A DNA stretch of 64,000 nucleotides from Eledone cirrhosa (Eukaryota), in assembly GCA_964016885.1 (NCBI GenBank), contig OZ024741.1:63302001-63366000 (forward strand). The letters are read 5' to 3'. The notes beneath the pieces were generated by a model that did not search any database, was not told the origin of the DNA, and saw only the letters and a program-made list of their open reading frames with translations. Position 1 is the stretch's first letter. The number at the start of each line of letters is the position of its first letter. Shown here piece by piece: positions 25,705 to 40,855 of this stretch. A program made the translations under genes and the position numbers.

Positions 25705-27059
25705 TCTTAGACATATTACGTGTTAGATTCCCGGACTTCCACACGGGAATATACCGTGACGATGGACTGACTTTATCGAGCCATAAAATTGGTCACGACA
25801 TCGACCGGCTTAAAAAAGACTTAGCTTTACCTTCAATGAGTTAGGTCTTAGGATAACAGTAGCCACCAACCTCTCTAGCGTAGATTTGTTAGACATTAAT
25901 TTAGACCTTCGCACACACACCCACAGACCATTCCATAAGCTAAACGAGAAACTTAATTACATTCACAAGGACTCATGCCACCCTCCCACGGTTTTTGAAA
26001 CTTCGTTAAGAATATCAGTACTAGAATCTCAAACCTCTCCTCTAATAAGGCTATCTTTGACAGGGCGGCACCCTACTATAACACGGCGTTGGCTAACAGT
26101 GGCTTCTCACAACCTATCACCTACTCTCCCACTAGCAACAACACCATTAAGAAATGTAAGCGCAACAATAGACAAACTATCTGGTTCTCTCCTCCCTTCT
26201 CACTCAACGTTAAAACCAATGTAGGAAACAAATTTCTAGCCCTCTTAGATAGACACTTCCCCATAGGTTATAAATACTGCTTCATCTTTAACCGGCACAA
26301 AGTTAAACTAGGATACTCCTGCGCTAAGAACATGAAGGCCCACATCACCAGCAGCCCTAGGAGCAACACCCCACCAGGGTGCTCTTGCCGTAAGCCTGAA
26401 GCTTTCCCCCTTCAACAGCAATGCAACACACCTGCTGTAATCTATGAAGTTGTGGTCACTTCCAACCGACCAAACGAACCACAGGAGGTCAAATCCTATG
26501 TGGGCATGGCGGAGGGCCGATTCAAGGATAGTTTCCTTAACCACCAGTCTACCTTCAGATACCCGGACAGACGTTCATCCACGAAACTCGCGAGCCACGT
26601 ATGGTCCCTCAAAGACTCAAGTATAGACTACTCCATTCAATGGAAAGCCATCACTAAGTCCAAGCCATACGCAAGGGGCAATCCGTCGTGTGGACTATGT
26701 ATTGATGAACGAATAAATACTCTAAAGAGATTACGCAATAGTGATTGCCTAAACATGAGAAATGAATTCTTCACACGTTGTCCACACGTCGCTAGACACC
26801 TATTGCATAACTAAAAGGCTCCGGACTGATTCTTTGTAATTTTATTTTCAACCTAAAAACTTTTCGGACTTTCGCAGTTATCTCCCTTACACCTCTCGCA
26901 CGCAGTCTAGTATTGCCGGTGTGAAGTGACCGAGTTTCTGCGCATGCGCGTTCGTACGGTTGTCCTTCCTGTTCCTATAACCATGCCCATTCCGAGCTGA
27001 AGATCCGCTAAGGTGAAACAATTGTTCTCGGTATGGTGAACTGTTGTGTAACCACTTCT
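25705..27059 (+). mobile_element. Penelope-like element (Naiad-type), 5'-truncated: RT C-terminus, GIY-YIG endonuclease, pLTR; flanked by (TA)n
   Basis: GIYRDDG, LDINLDL, IWFSPPFS..FLALLDRHFP..IFNR..VKLGYSC, CSC..P..C..VIYEV..YVG..FK..NH..CGLC..E..CPH. Same family as 62660-64000. Confidence 0.9.
26987..27036 (+). ncRNA. Type-I hammerhead motif in the PLE pLTR
   Basis: CCATTCCGAG-CTGAAGA-TCCGCTAAGGT-GAAA-CAATTG-TT-CTCGGTATGG. Confidence 0.8.
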
Positions 27060-28211
27060 ATATATATATATATATATATATATTGATGATGATACATGAT
27101 TTTCTAAATAAACCTTTTTATATTATAATGGTTACCGCAAAGTAAAACCAGTAATTATTAAAGGTTGGCTCTTGCTATGCTAGCAATGTTCGGTTATGGT
27201 TTCGAAGGACGTGATAGATTTTTTTCCCTATATATTTTTTCAATTGTTATTTTCAAAGATTTTGTTCAAAGATATTTTCATATTTCGATAAACAATCTTT
27301 AAAATATATTTTGAACCTAATATATTCTTTGAAAACTGAATTATTAAGTATATTTTAAAAAAAGTAAATATCGAATCCGAAACACAATTATCTAACGGAA
27401 AACTTGCAGAGTCAAAACCTTTACATATCTAGAGGTTCTAGTTGTAGAAAGTTATTTCTGATGTTTTTTTTTTAACTTTGCTAATCTGGTAGTTAAATTA
27501 TATGTATAGCTAGAGCTACATTTAATGATTTTTTTCTATTAAAACACAAATATATGTTCGGATATGCAGATAAGACCAGAAATCTTCAGCAGTTATGCAG
27601 AAATAGACACAGCAATCATTATTGGATAATATGAGGGAAAGAAAAACTGCACCCCGTAATCACAACATATTAAACGACAGGCAAAATGTTGAGGTTCATA
27701 GTTAAATATAGATCATATAAAATACCAGTTCTCATAAACCAATTTGAAATTAAATGACTATTCGACAAATGCTATTAAGTTGTTATGCATTAAACAAAGC
27801 TCACTATCAATTATAAATTGGAAACAGGACATTAGAACACATTAATCAATTTCAAATCTAAATATTAATGCCGTAAACATATATTAATCAATGATATCTT
27901 TTTAAACCGAAATATTTTTTTCTATTTTTGAACTATGAACCTCATTAATCTTTGACATTTATTTGGAAAGTAGACGAGGCAATATCTTTAAAAAAACATC
28001 CATTAATTAATTCATTGCATTCGATTGTCTCTTGCCGCTCTCAGTTCAATTCCCGCCGGATTTAATGTTCTCTTTTCCCTTTTTATCATTCCGATGCCAA
28101 TATAATGAATTAATTGTCAATTACTAGAGGCGATTCACTGGCCTGTCGATATGGGATTATCTACTGATAGAGCTTAAATTCTCACCGTGAAGTGACGCAG
28201 CGGCTGTTAAT

Positions 28212-28316
28212 ATAATTGTTTCTACTATTGGCACAAGGCCAGAAATTAAGCAGTACATTACTGGTACTTTATTTTATCGACCCCGTAAGGATGAAAGGCA
28301 AAGTTAACCTCGGCGA
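28212..28316 (-). mobile_element. SINE family 1, 5'-truncated, with ~15-bp TSD GGCTGTTAATATAAT
   Basis: Matches the SINE core; TSD at 28202-28216 and 28317-28331. Confidence 0.85.
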
Positions 28317-29479
28317 GGCTGTTAATATAATGTTTTCTAACACAGGTATAAGGTTAACAATTTATGGGAGGGGTCGATTACTTCAACTCCAGCACGTGCC
28401 TGGTAGTTTATTCTGTATATTTGAAATGATAAATGGCGAAGTTTTGATCGTCGGGTTTTTACCTCTGAACGTAGAAAGTCGTGAGTAAATACTGTAAAGT
28501 ATTGTGTCCAACATTCTACAGATACTATCTATCCACCACTCATCGGTTAACTAATATCATGATATTATACCAGTGTTATCTGTGCTTACCGAATTTTATT
28601 TCTGCAAACACAACGTATGCACATGCGTACACACACGAAAGCATTTGCTGCCACATACACAATTTCCCGCCGTCTAAAACAAATGAACTATTTAAAGAGG
28701 ATAACGCAAAAGTCATAGTAATGGATGAACATTCAACACTTTTGATTGATGTTAATGTTTCGTCTGAGATGTCGTTACTATTTTATAATGTTGAAAATTA
28801 GATAATTCGTTGATAATGTTAGTGTAGCCGTATAATTATACAGTTTTGTTTGTAACCACGTTCGATTCCAAGGTATGCCTAATGGGGCATGTGTTATTTA
28901 TTAGCGTTTCAGACTGAACAAAGTTTAGTTAATGAAATTTGCATGTTTGACGTACGTAGCTGCCTTATATTTGTTTATGTACAGATAAATGGCAGAACGT
29001 GTTTACAATTCCTTGTATCCATGGTAAAGGCGCCTAATTAAAAAATAGCTATGGTTATATCTGCATTAAATTTACCTTAAACATTCAAATATATGCTGTG
29101 TTCTAGAATAAATATTTATTATTCAATTATTTAGATCGTGAAAATGTCAATGACAGCACGAAATATCTCAGTAGAATCGATGAATACAGCTAACAAGATG
29201 TATAATACGTTATATGGCTGTGATTTCCTTACACTCACCCTTCAATATTTATTTTTCTCTGGAGAAATGTATAGTTGTGGTCAGTTAGGATGATATGAAG
29301 TTCGAAACGTTTGATACTATGTAGCTGGGCATCCTCCATTGGCTCACGTAAAACAAGTACAGACGTGGTGTTGGCAAATTCTGTAGCAGTTAAGACCCTA
29401 TCCCTCCTTAGAAAGATGGATTCATGGAACTAGAGCCATACGGAACCCCGAAAACCATGATAAGCGAGGGTAATAATCG

Positions 29480-30170
29480 TACACCTTATTGCAGTCAATA
29501 TAAATATAACATTGTAGGGCTATATATTCATCGGAGTCAGTATCACAAGTGATGTGACAAAAATATTTATGGTATGGGGAGACAAATAGCTTGAAGGCTT
29601 AGCAGGGATCTATTCCTCGCTGTGGGCTTACGCTACGCAGATGACATCAATATAGTAGTGAACTTAACCCCACAGAATACCTTTCAGGAATTAATGATGA
29701 ACAGCATGGAGAGCATCCAGTAAATAGCCAACACCATCCAGTATTAAGGTAACCAAAGATTATCTAACTAAACACCCAAACTACAAACTACTCTGACTGA
29801 AAACTAGAAAGATTAAGATAAAAATCCATTTACATTACGCTAAGCCCATGACCTCCAAATATCTTATCCACTGGAGTCCAGCAATCTCAGACAGCATACA
29901 AATAATATCATAGTAGCGGACGTAATAAGGGAAATGACGAACATGTCCTTCGTGTGCAATCCTAAAGAAATAGAGAAATGCACATAACATGTACTGCATG
30001 CAGTTGCACATATTTAATCAAAGGGACAGGATCAGAGTATACAGAGTATACATTGAAAACTATCGTAGAAAACGTTGCGAATGAAGTATGCACCATGTAC
30101 TCTGGGGGATAATGGAAGGGAATAGATAGGATAAAGAAGCTAGATAAGATCAACTCGTGATATTATAACA
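29480..30170 (+). mobile_element. Highly decayed LINE RT remnant (tentative)
   Basis: LRYADDINI near 29627-29653 in A-rich LINE-like context; no long ORF. Confidence 0.35.
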
Positions 30171-31007
30171 GGGTAGGATGTTCATTGATGCTTTCCCCAA
30201 AGGTGAACCACCGTATAGATTAAAATTAATGCAATAGAAATAACAAGTATACATTAAATACACTTTTATTAAAATATAACAAGATATATTTCATGCCATT
30301 TTCAATGTATAAAATCCTAAATGGCATCTGCACATCAAATGAAGTTATTTCTTGTTTACCTTAATGTTACACGGACACAATTCACTGGATAGTGCTTAAT
30401 GTGAAAGAAATATTTATTAATTATTTTAGTAATTACCAAGGGACCATAAACTAGATGAATTAGTGTAATGAATCTACATAAATCTGGGGTTGATGAGGGG
30501 GATTTTACCAAGAAACTTTAAAGAAATATTAAGTTATGAAAGAAGCCAAAACTGGCATCTTTAATATCATTTTAATATTGATTTTATGAAATAATATTTT
30601 CCCTTATGAATTTTTTTTGTTTTTTTGTTCTTAATTAAACATTCCATTCAAACTATAAAGAATTTCATGTTAAAATATAAATCCCACTGATATTGTGAAT
30701 ACTCTGTATTACAGCTTTGTGTTCTAAGATAATATTTTCTAAAATATTTTCTGAAATATTAAAGAACGAAAGTCATTAAAACAATCGTAAATAAACACCT
30801 TTTGGGAAAATGTCAGAAACCACTACAAACAAATAAAATATGATGGCCATTGCTTAGACTGTCACGCAATTATATTATCTAACCTTTCATCTTTATCTCA
30901 AAATTCCAAAATAAGCGTTAAAATGCCAATATGCAGTAGAACTTGTTAGAGACACTGCCCAATTTAGAGGCAGTATTCTTGCAGAGGCAAACAAATATAG
31001 GTTTGAA

Positions 31008-31062
<55 letters not shown>

Positions 31063-31126
31063 TCATTTCATATAAGTAGGCCGAATTTACTTGCAAACCG
31101 CCAGAGATTCGATTTTACTATTTTCC

Positions 31127-31181
<55 letters not shown>

Positions 31182-31184
<3 letters not shown>

Positions 31185-34100
31185 TAAAGAAAACGAAAAA
31201 TCAGTGATGCATCTGGACTCAATTTATTGCGTGTTACAATTGTTTGGCGGGCAGGTAGCTCGAGACATGGTCCCTGTATGGATCTGGCTGATTCTACGGC
31301 TGCAGATTCCTTCAGACACGGGTAGTTCGTTCGGAGCAAATTTTATCACTGGGGTGTTATCATAAAAAAACACCCTCAAAAAAGCTCTTCCACTCTTGTC
31401 ATGCCATTGGCTGTTGTTACTCCACGCCATCTTAAGTTCTGGTCAGTATTTACTGCTACACAGGTCGCACCTCCACAAGTAGAGCGCTTACAGCGATCCG
31501 CCATGGAAAAATTCAATTACTCTTCTTCCCTGAAAGACATACCGATCCCGTCTGATAACACATACATGGGCCTGCTGATATACCACACCAACTTGTTCAT
31601 CAGTCGCATGAGGTGGCGCGCATTTCTCCACGACAGACGGACACAACACGCACCCGACGCCTCTCGGGACCGCCTAAAGCGGATATTTAGATGGAGAAGA
31701 CACCCACCGCATAATGCACAGCTGGGGGAATTTGAAAACCGTATAATCAACATAGTTCGTAACATCAAGTTCCATAGGAATAGTGCACGGCGGACCAAAT
31801 ATATCAATAGTCTCAGCTCCACCATCAAAAGCATGGAAAAATGCCAGGATTTACTTGTGCCCGCGGACAAAACTGGTAATGTATACATGCTTGACCGTTT
31901 TACATACAACGACTGCTTCGTGAAAGAGATTAGGTGTTGATGTTTATCAGTGCCGCCTCATACACAATATAGTCAAACACCTAGGAATAGACGTCAGAAC
32001 GGAGCCACTTAGGCCATGTTACCCCCACATTTAATCTCAAGGATCACAAGGTAAATTTTCATTATAACCCCACAATTAGACTTATATGCCCGTCCAAATC
32101 GGACATCGGGAAAATTAGCAAACATATATTAGACAGAGTGATAGCACAAATGAAGAATAAACTAGTGATTAAACTATGGGGTAATGCTACCGAAACAATT
32201 AAGTGGTTTAACAATATAGCTAACAAAAGTATCTAAGTTTATACAATTTGACATTAACGACTATTACTCCTCTATATCCTCCAACACCTTAGATAAAGCC
32301 TTAGCATTCGCCAAAGCCAATTCTGACCTAACAGACGACGAGATAAAAATTATATTAGCTGCTATGAAAACAATAATTAAATTTGAAAACGCCTATTGGG
32401 AACGTAAGGATTGATTAAATAACTTTGACATCACGATGGGGGCTAACGACTCGGCTCACGTCACAGATTTAGTAGGTATTTACATAGCCCATAGTTTACA
32501 GAGTGAGTTTAGCCACCTTCACGGTGGAATCTACAGAGACGACGTCCTTCTTCTAGTTAAGAACCTAAATAACCTGAGCATAGAAAGACTCCGTAAGAAT
32601 ATTAGAAAGACTCTCGGGAAACTAGGCCTTAGCATAACGTATGAGTATAGCACTAAAACAGTTAACTTTCTAGACGAGACGCTTAACCTAAATACGGGAC
32701 TTATAAGACCTTTTCACAAGATTAATGAAAACTTAGCATACATCAATTGTAACTCAAACCACCCACTATCCATAATTAAATCCATTCCACGCAGCATATC
32801 CCTTAGGATCTCCCGCCTCTCGTCTAACCGACAAATATTCGAGGAACATGCATAATACTACAATACCGCACTAGACAAAACAGGCCACTTAGGTAGAGTA
32901 GAATATATAGATGAAAGCCTCCGCAAAGCGCACACGAACACGCATAACACAAACTCCAGAAACATACGCATACACACATTTACGCATAGAACTACAAAGT
33001 ATACGGTAAATAGAAATACAACATCGAAATCAAACAAGTCACGCAGTAGAAAATATATTTGGTATAACCCCATATTTAACACCTCTATTAGTACTAACCT
33101 TCTTTAGAATAATAAATAAACACTTTCCAGATTCACATAGATACAGCAAAATCCTTAACACTAAATCTATTAGACTATCTTACTCCACGGCACCAAATAT
33201 AGAGGCACACATTAAGATGCTTAACGCTAAACAGATACATAACAACACTAGAACACACATTTATAACAATAACAATACAATCACCATTGAACACAACAGA
33301 ATATCTAATACACAACCACCTACTAATAGGTAAACAAAACGTAACACACCTGTACAGGCATCGCAGCCCACCAATAATGCCAAAGTTGCCCATGACAAGA
33401 ATTGTAACTGCCACCTACCTGAAACCTGTCCATTACATAATGAATGTATGCAGTCTAACCTGGTTTACCAATGCACAATGGAATCAGACAACCAGAAATG
33501 GTATTACATCGGAGCGACTGGGAATACATTTAAATCCCGTTGATATACACACCATTACGCAATGAAACATTCCCAGCATCGTTATGTAACTAACCTTGCA
33601 AACAAGACCTGGCAACTGAGGGAAAGTAACCATCAATACACCCTGAAGTGGAAAAAATTATCGAACGCGCCCCCATATCGGAGTGGTATGAGAAGCTGTC
33701 GATTATGTGACCTTGAGCTGTTCCACATTTTGAGTTCGAAGAATAAGTTACTCAACAATAAAATCGAAAGATCAATTTATTGTAACCATAGACTCAAAGA
33801 AAAGTTTTTGCACTACAAGTGCAAATCGAACCCTTAATCTCTTACTACCAACTGACAAACTGCATATACTTAGACTATATACCGTTATTGTATCTAACCC
33901 CTTTAATTACACACTAAAACCAATACCTATATCCCTCCCTTCTCCTTCATTCCACTTCTATTTCTTTTCGTTTTCTTCCTTTCTTCCCTCCCCTTTTTGG
34001 CTACCTTTTCTTTTCTTCTTTCTCCCCCCCCCCCCTACTTTACTTTTATTTTTATCATTATTATTTTTATCTTTATTTTATATATATATATATATATATT

Positions 34101-34706
34101 TATCTCTTTATCCCCCGCCCCCTCTCTCTCTCTCCTTCCCTCCCACTATGATCAATTTAATTCTCTTTAATTCACTACAATCACCGACATGAAGTCTACA
34201 TATCAAAACTAATCAAAGAATCCTTCCACCTCTACCCCTCACTCCATCTCAGTTTGTAATTCTACTTCCTAAATCTTGTCCCCCTTCCTCTCTCTGTATA
34301 CTATTCCGGGTGTCCCCTCACTTTCTAAATCCTCTCCCTCTCTCTCTATACTAGTAAATATAATTCGAAAAAAATGTTTTTCTCTATATATTAAGAACTA
34401 TATCAAGAGTAACTTACTCACTATTTTGAAAATTTGGACGTGAACAACAATTATCATTGAGTGGTTGCTATTTGCAGTATAGCAATATAAGGTTGCACTT
34501 ACCAATGAAACGGTCGTAAATACCTGAATAAAATCCTTCTCTTAATGCTTACCTGTGTTTTCTCTTTTATACTTTATACTCCAAGATTGAACGGAATTCT
34601 TACAAACTTGTGGAGTTACCCTTAACCGTACGTTGAAACCGTCCATGAAACTGGCTTTCTTAACCACGAACTGGATCACAATAAGCAATTTTCTGTTTCC
34701 CTAAGT
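31182..34706 (+). mobile_element. Near full-length Penelope-like element (Naiad-type), pseudogenised, flanked by (TA)n
   Basis: ATG 31503 MEKFNYSSSLKDIPIPS..RMRWRAF, ADKTGNVY, QFDINDYYSSI, MGANDSAHVTDLVG, GIYRDD, WYNP, YIGAT, CRLC..E..CNH. Stop at 33837, pyrimidine-rich 3' UTR. Confidence 0.92.
34422..34522 (+). ncRNA. Degenerate hammerhead motif with ~74-nt stem II in the PLE 3' pLTR
   Basis: TATT-TTGAAAA (cf. CTGAAGA)-[TTGG..TTGCTAT/ATAGCAA..CCAA]-GAAA-CGGTCG-TA-AATA; two core changes. Confidence 0.5.
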
Positions 34707-34723
34707 ATATATATATATATATA

Positions 34724-34805
34724 TAGAAGTGGTTACACAACAGTTAGTTCACCATACCGAGAACAATTGTTTCACCTTAGCGGATCCTCAGCTCGGAATG
34801 GGCAT
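34724..34805 (-). ncRNA. Solo ~80-bp PLE 3' end that is essentially a hammerhead motif (family of 26987)
   Basis: Minus strand CCATTCCGAG-CTGAGGA-TCCGCTAAGGT-GAAA-CAATTG-TT-CTCGGTATGG; abuts (TA)n. Confidence 0.8.
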
Positions 34806-35240
34806 ATACATATATTATGTGTGTGCGTTGGTTGGTCTTTGAATGATTCTATAGGCAAATATAGGTTGGTCTTTGAATGATTCTATAGGCCAATATAACA
34901 GGGAGGAGACCCAAAGTTAGACCAATATGGTAGGGAAGCATACATAAGGTCGGTTGATCTCCATTGAGAATCTGTCCAGTTCATTTGGAAACAGTTGCTT
35001 CTAATAGAACAGAAGATGTGTTTGAGGTGTCAGCTTCCCAAGACCCTTTGAGGTATATGTGAGGTATGAAGAAAAAGTGTACATATATATCTGTTGGTGT
35101 TGAAGTTGCGAGCCTCAGCGCTGAATACCATACTAGAGATTAAGAAAATTGTTAAGATCAAGTCAAGGATATGTACCAATAGACTTCGTCAGAAAGGATG
35201 AAAGGATAGTGTAGGTGAATACACGCACTCACATACACAT

Positions 35241-35350
<110 letters not shown>

Positions 35351-35583
35351 TCCCATACACACACTCAAAGACGTGCTTTCAGCTACATGTATTGTTAATA
35401 GAATTATGTTCGATATTTACTTACCATCTCCTTTCCCAAAGGCGTTACTTCCGAGATATTGAAAACATTGCCCTGCATTTTCGAATACAACCATATTGAA
35501 AAATATGGCAATATAATTTGTATAGTTATATAATTATATATTTATGAATATATATTCATAGATTTGTGAATATATATAAATAC

Positions 35584-35622
<39 letters not shown>

Positions 35623-35968
35623 CAATCAAGTGTGTGTATAAGTGCGTGAGTGTAAGTGCCTGTGTGTATATATGTTATTTCTTTTCTGTTTTCCTGAATA
35701 CAGTAGTAAATATCTGAAATATAATAAAAGAGGTAATTATTGAAAAATGTTATTCCATGCGATTAAAAACATGTACAAATATGCATATAATCATTTTCGC
35801 ATACATATAAATGTGTATTTACACACACAAGTACACACACACAGACATATATATATATAGACATATACATGAATGTAAATATTCTTATATACACGCAAGT
35901 GTTCATAAACAGGAAAACGTGTCCATATGCCGAAGCTAAATTCTAATACATATATTAGAATATAGCTT

Positions 35969-36022
<54 letters not shown>

Positions 36023-36030
<8 letters not shown>

Positions 36031-36294
36031 TTATAAGCTTTCACCGTATTTTAGACTAAAGAAATTTCTAGCCTGATAGTGGGGTTTATAACCCTCGGAG
36101 AAATGGAAAAAGATGAGTGTTGACGTACGGCAACAATCATCTTTTTCCATTTCTCCGAGGGTTATAAACCCCACTATCAGGCTAGAAATTTCTTTAGTCT
36201 AAAATACGGTGAAAGCTTATAATTTCTAATTTCTAATTTCAAACTAGCGCAACGTTTCAAAAACATACTTACATGTTTACATTTATAATTTGCT

Positions 36295-36295
<1 letters not shown>
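36023..36295. repeat. Near-perfect palindrome (~94-bp arms, ~20-nt loop) with one-sided tail, between (TA)n tracts
   Basis: 36023-36116 is the reverse complement of 36137-36230. Confidence 0.9.
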
Positions 36296-36296
<1 letters not shown>

Positions 36297-36372
<76 letters not shown>

Positions 36373-36785
36373 TATGCCGAAGCTAAATTCAAATATATAT
36401 ATATATACATATATATACATACATATATATACATATATATATGTATATATTATATATATATACATATATATGTATATATATGTATATATATATATTTGAA
36501 TTTACATATATATATATAATATATATACATATATATATAATATATATAATATATATATATAATATATATAATATACATATAATATATATAATATACATAT
36601 ACATATAATATATATATTATATATATATAATATATATGTATATAATATATATATATATATAATATATATGTATATAATATATATATATATTTAATACATA
36701 TATATATATATATTATGTATATATATATATATAATATATATGTATATAATATATATATATATTTAATACATATATATATATATAT

Positions 36786-36827
<42 letters not shown>

Positions 36828-36903
36828 TATGCCGAAGGTAAATTCAAATATATATATACATATATATATACATCATATATATATATACATATATATATAC
36901 ATC

Positions 36904-36976
<73 letters not shown>
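36297..36976. repeat. Long interrupted (TA)n tract
   Basis: Direct inspection; includes repeats of ATATGCCGAAG(C/G)TAAATTC also seen at 35926-35975. Confidence 0.9.
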
Positions 36977-36978
<2 letters not shown>

Positions 36979-37094
36979 GGTAAATATTGATGCAATTCAT
37001 TCAAGCACTCAACGTACTTTTTCCACATAGGAGTGACGGAGTAAATATCGAATAAGGAAAAGCGAAGTAGTTTCAGATGTTCAAGTCCTTTAAT

Positions 37095-37211
37095 AATAAT
37101 TGTTTCTACTTTAGGCACAAGGCCAGCAATTACCAGTGCATTACTGGTACTTTATTTTATCGACCCCGTAAGGATGAAAGGCAAAGTCAACCTCGGCGGG
37201 ATTTGAACTCA
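37095..37211 (-). mobile_element. SINE family 1, 5'-truncated, inserted in a PLE pLTR; ~19-bp TSD CAAGTCCTTTAATAATAAT
   Basis: TSD at 37082-37100 and 37210-37228. Confidence 0.88.
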
Positions 37212-37228
37212 AGTCCTTTAATAATAAT

Positions 37229-37302
37229 GCTGTGATATATATTTCAGTGACGACACTGGCCACACTGTTCTGTGTGCGAGTGTCGTGTCATCATCAGACA
37301 GC
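37229..37302 (-). ncRNA. Type-I hammerhead motif with 45-nt stem II
   Basis: Minus strand GCTGT-CTGATGA-TGAC ACGACACT CG CACAC AGAACA GTGTG GCC AGTGTCGT CACT-GAAA-TATATA-TC-ACAGC; canonical core. Confidence 0.87.
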
Positions 37303-37985
37303 TTGTTACATAATAAGGTTATGTTTCCGAGGCAATCCAAATTGGATCGACATGGGAACGGATGAATTGCGTGTTTTGGGGTTTTTCATCCGCTCCCTTG
37401 TGAGTACCAATTCACCCCCACCGGCCTACGCAAGCGCATGTCCGAAGGAAGTTGACCATTAGCTACCGCAGATTTCAACGAAATTCGCTTAGTCAGTTAA
37501 CCCTCTCAGTCAAAACAATGGCCCACCAATGTCTGTACCATATTTTACTGCTACCCATCACGGCTGTGGCAGTCAGCCGAGAGCCAGAGGGGATGGGAGA
37601 GTGTTAGTGTTTACAGGTCATAATACTACCCCTCACTAAGCGTTGACGGTACGACTGACCATCACCTAATAAGGGAAAATAAACTCAATTCTAGGTATCA
37701 TGGTTTTACGTTGGAAGTTAAGAGTGAGAGTTGTAAATAAAAATTAAAATCCTAAATCAAGTATCAGAAATTATAAATTAAACAATTAAGAAATTAACAA
37801 TTAGAAATTATCACCTGAAAAGAATTTTTTTTAATCCTTTAATTTCTAATTGTTAATTTCTTAATTGTTTAAATTATAATTAACGAACCACATCGAAGGG
37901 AAAAAATATGTGAGTGAAGAATGGCGTGCTGCGTTGTTGCGAACATGGACATATGAATAAAAATAGACCAAGAGATAAAATGTCC

Positions 37986-38068
<83 letters not shown>

Positions 38069-38154
38069 ATATATATATACATTTTATATATATATATATT
38101 TTTATATATATATACATTTTATATATATATATATTTAATATGTATATATATATT

Positions 38155-38640
<486 letters not shown>

Positions 38641-38668
38641 ATATATATATATATATATATATACAGTT

Positions 38669-38814
38669 AGTTAATTCCACAACAATTATCAAACCATACA
38701 TGAAGGGATTTCCATCTCGTGTATGGTTATAGTGTACTCTTCACACTATAATCATACACGAGTTGAAAATCTTTCTCGAGTATGGTATGGTAACTGTTTG
38801 TTGTGGAATTAACT
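38669..38814. repeat. Imperfect hairpin, PLE pLTR remnant
   Basis: AGTTAATTCCACAACAA/TTGTTGTGGAATTAACT and CTCGTGTATGGTTATAGTGT/ACACTATAATCATACACGAG arms. Confidence 0.75.
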
Positions 38815-39009
38815 CTATGCCCAAATCTTCATTTGGACTCAGTGATCTACCAATTTTGGATATGCCCTCCTGATTTTTCACTACTATATACAGGAACCAT
38901 CTACTATCAATACAACACCATATTTGCAGGCTGCCACCAAATCGAATTTACTATTTTCTATTTTCCTTATCTTCCATTATTGTTTGGGTTCAACTTATTC
39001 CTGTTACAT

Positions 39010-39107
39010 AATTCTGCAAATGACATCTGATGAGATCGCCTTGTCTTGCATCACAATCGGATGATGGAACTGGGCGATCGTAATATTAATAGTGATTTTG
39101 CGGAATT
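39010..39107 (+). ncRNA. Hammerhead-like motif with 46-nt stem II and extended stem I; GAAA mutated to GTAA
   Basis: AATTCTGCAAA..CAT-CTGATGA-GATCGCC..GGCGATC-GTAA-TATTAA-TA-GTG..TTTGCGGAATT. Confidence 0.6.
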
Positions 39108-39299
39108 AAAATTCTCAAGTAAATGTCCCAGTACGCCCTTCTCTTGGTGTTTTAATGAATACTTTACTTCGTTCATGTGCCAATCACCCGATACCACATT
39201 TACAATGATGACTTGCATAATGTTGAGTGCTTTAATTAATTTGTTGCATCATTATTTACAGACCAGAACCACCAGTTCTACCCATTGGGAAACAACCTA

Positions 39300-39337
<38 letters not shown>

Positions 39338-39392
39338 CTAGAACACTGTAGGGTTATATCCGTAGTAGTAGAACACTCAGTGTCGAGTTTGG

Positions 39393-39484
39393 TAGAAGTA
39401 GTTCCACAACAGTTATTTCACCATACCGAAAGGTGAAACATTTGTTTTCGGTATGGTGAACTAACTGTTGTGGAATTACTTCTA
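39393..39484. repeat. Hairpin made of two inverted 3' ends of the 26987-family pLTR
   Basis: TAGAAGTAGTTCCACAACAG..CACCATACCGAAA paired with TTTCGGTATGGTGAAC..CTGTTGTGGAATTACTTCTA. Confidence 0.8.
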
Positions 39485-39495
39485 TACACACACAT

Positions 39496-39596
<101 letters not shown>

Positions 39597-40004
39597 GTGT
39601 GTGTGTGTAAGTATATATACATATTCATGTGTGTGTGTGTGTAAGTATATATTACATATTCATGTCTATGCACAACACAATTCACCATAGAAAATCAATT
39701 TATATAGAAAAATATATCGACGGAATACTGGAATATTTAAAACGTTTAGTTTAAATGTACCACTTCGAAAAGAAAAAAATGTAAACATATTTGTTATACT
39801 CTTCTTAAGCAGACAGAGATAATATATCGCCTTAACATATTTTACAGCAACTTTACTCTCCTGCAGATATGTTATATCTTGATCTACGAAAAAATCCTGT
39901 AGCTTACCACCATTTGTCCACAAAATTCGAAATGGCAAGCCATGTTTACATAACATGGATTCGTTCGAAATGAATATCTCTCACCCTGTATCTATCTATC
40001 TTTA

Positions 40005-40139
<135 letters not shown>

Positions 40140-40465
40140 GTATGGATGTCTGTATGTATGTGTGTTTGTGTGTGTGTATATACTCAACATTATTCATTTG
40201 CAAGTGCGACATGAGATGAAAAAAAAGAAAATGAACCGAATAGCTCACGAGCGTTTATGGTTTATGTTTATGTTTATATATCATTAATGAGGCAAGTTGT
40301 TATATTTCATGATAAACAATATTTATGTGCACATATTTACGAACACCAACACATGATGTAAATAACCATCAATAACCGCACATGTGCAAATACCACCCGA
40401 AGAAAAGAAGTAGTGTGTAAATATTCACACACGCACTCATATATATATATATATATATGTTCTTT

Positions 40466-40521
40466 CTTCATCTGATTTATTGTGTATGCTTATATATTTG
40501 TAGAAGTGAATAGAAATATAT

Positions 40522-40558
<37 letters not shown>

Positions 40559-40588
40559 TATATATATATATGTATATATATATGTATG

Positions 40589-40628
<40 letters not shown>

Positions 40629-40706
40629 TATAGATAGATATATATATATGTATATATATATACATATACATATATATATACATATATATATATACATATA
40701 TATGTG

Positions 40707-40765
<59 letters not shown>

Positions 40766-40855
40766 GTGTGTGTGTGTGTGTGTGCGTGTGTGTGTAAATA
40801 TATATTTCTATTCACTTCTACAAATATATAAGCATACACAATAAATCAGATGAAG
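40466..40855. repeat. Inverted repeat enclosing (CA)n-(TA)n-(TG)n microsatellites
   Basis: ~60-bp unique arms CTTCATCTGATTTATTGTGTATGC.. and ..GCATACACAATAAATCAGATGAAG, continued by complementary CA/TG tracts. Confidence 0.88.

Noticed and set aside
33538-33545. In-frame TGA in the Naiad-type ORF as possible selenocysteine
   Set aside because: It aligns to Trp (KDRWYNH in the 51142 ORF) in a copy with other stops and frameshifts, so it is a TGG-to-TGA lesion.
39905-39960. Minus-strand donor-like GTAAGC after a short ORF segment
   Set aside because: No convincing acceptor and no GPCR-like peptide.
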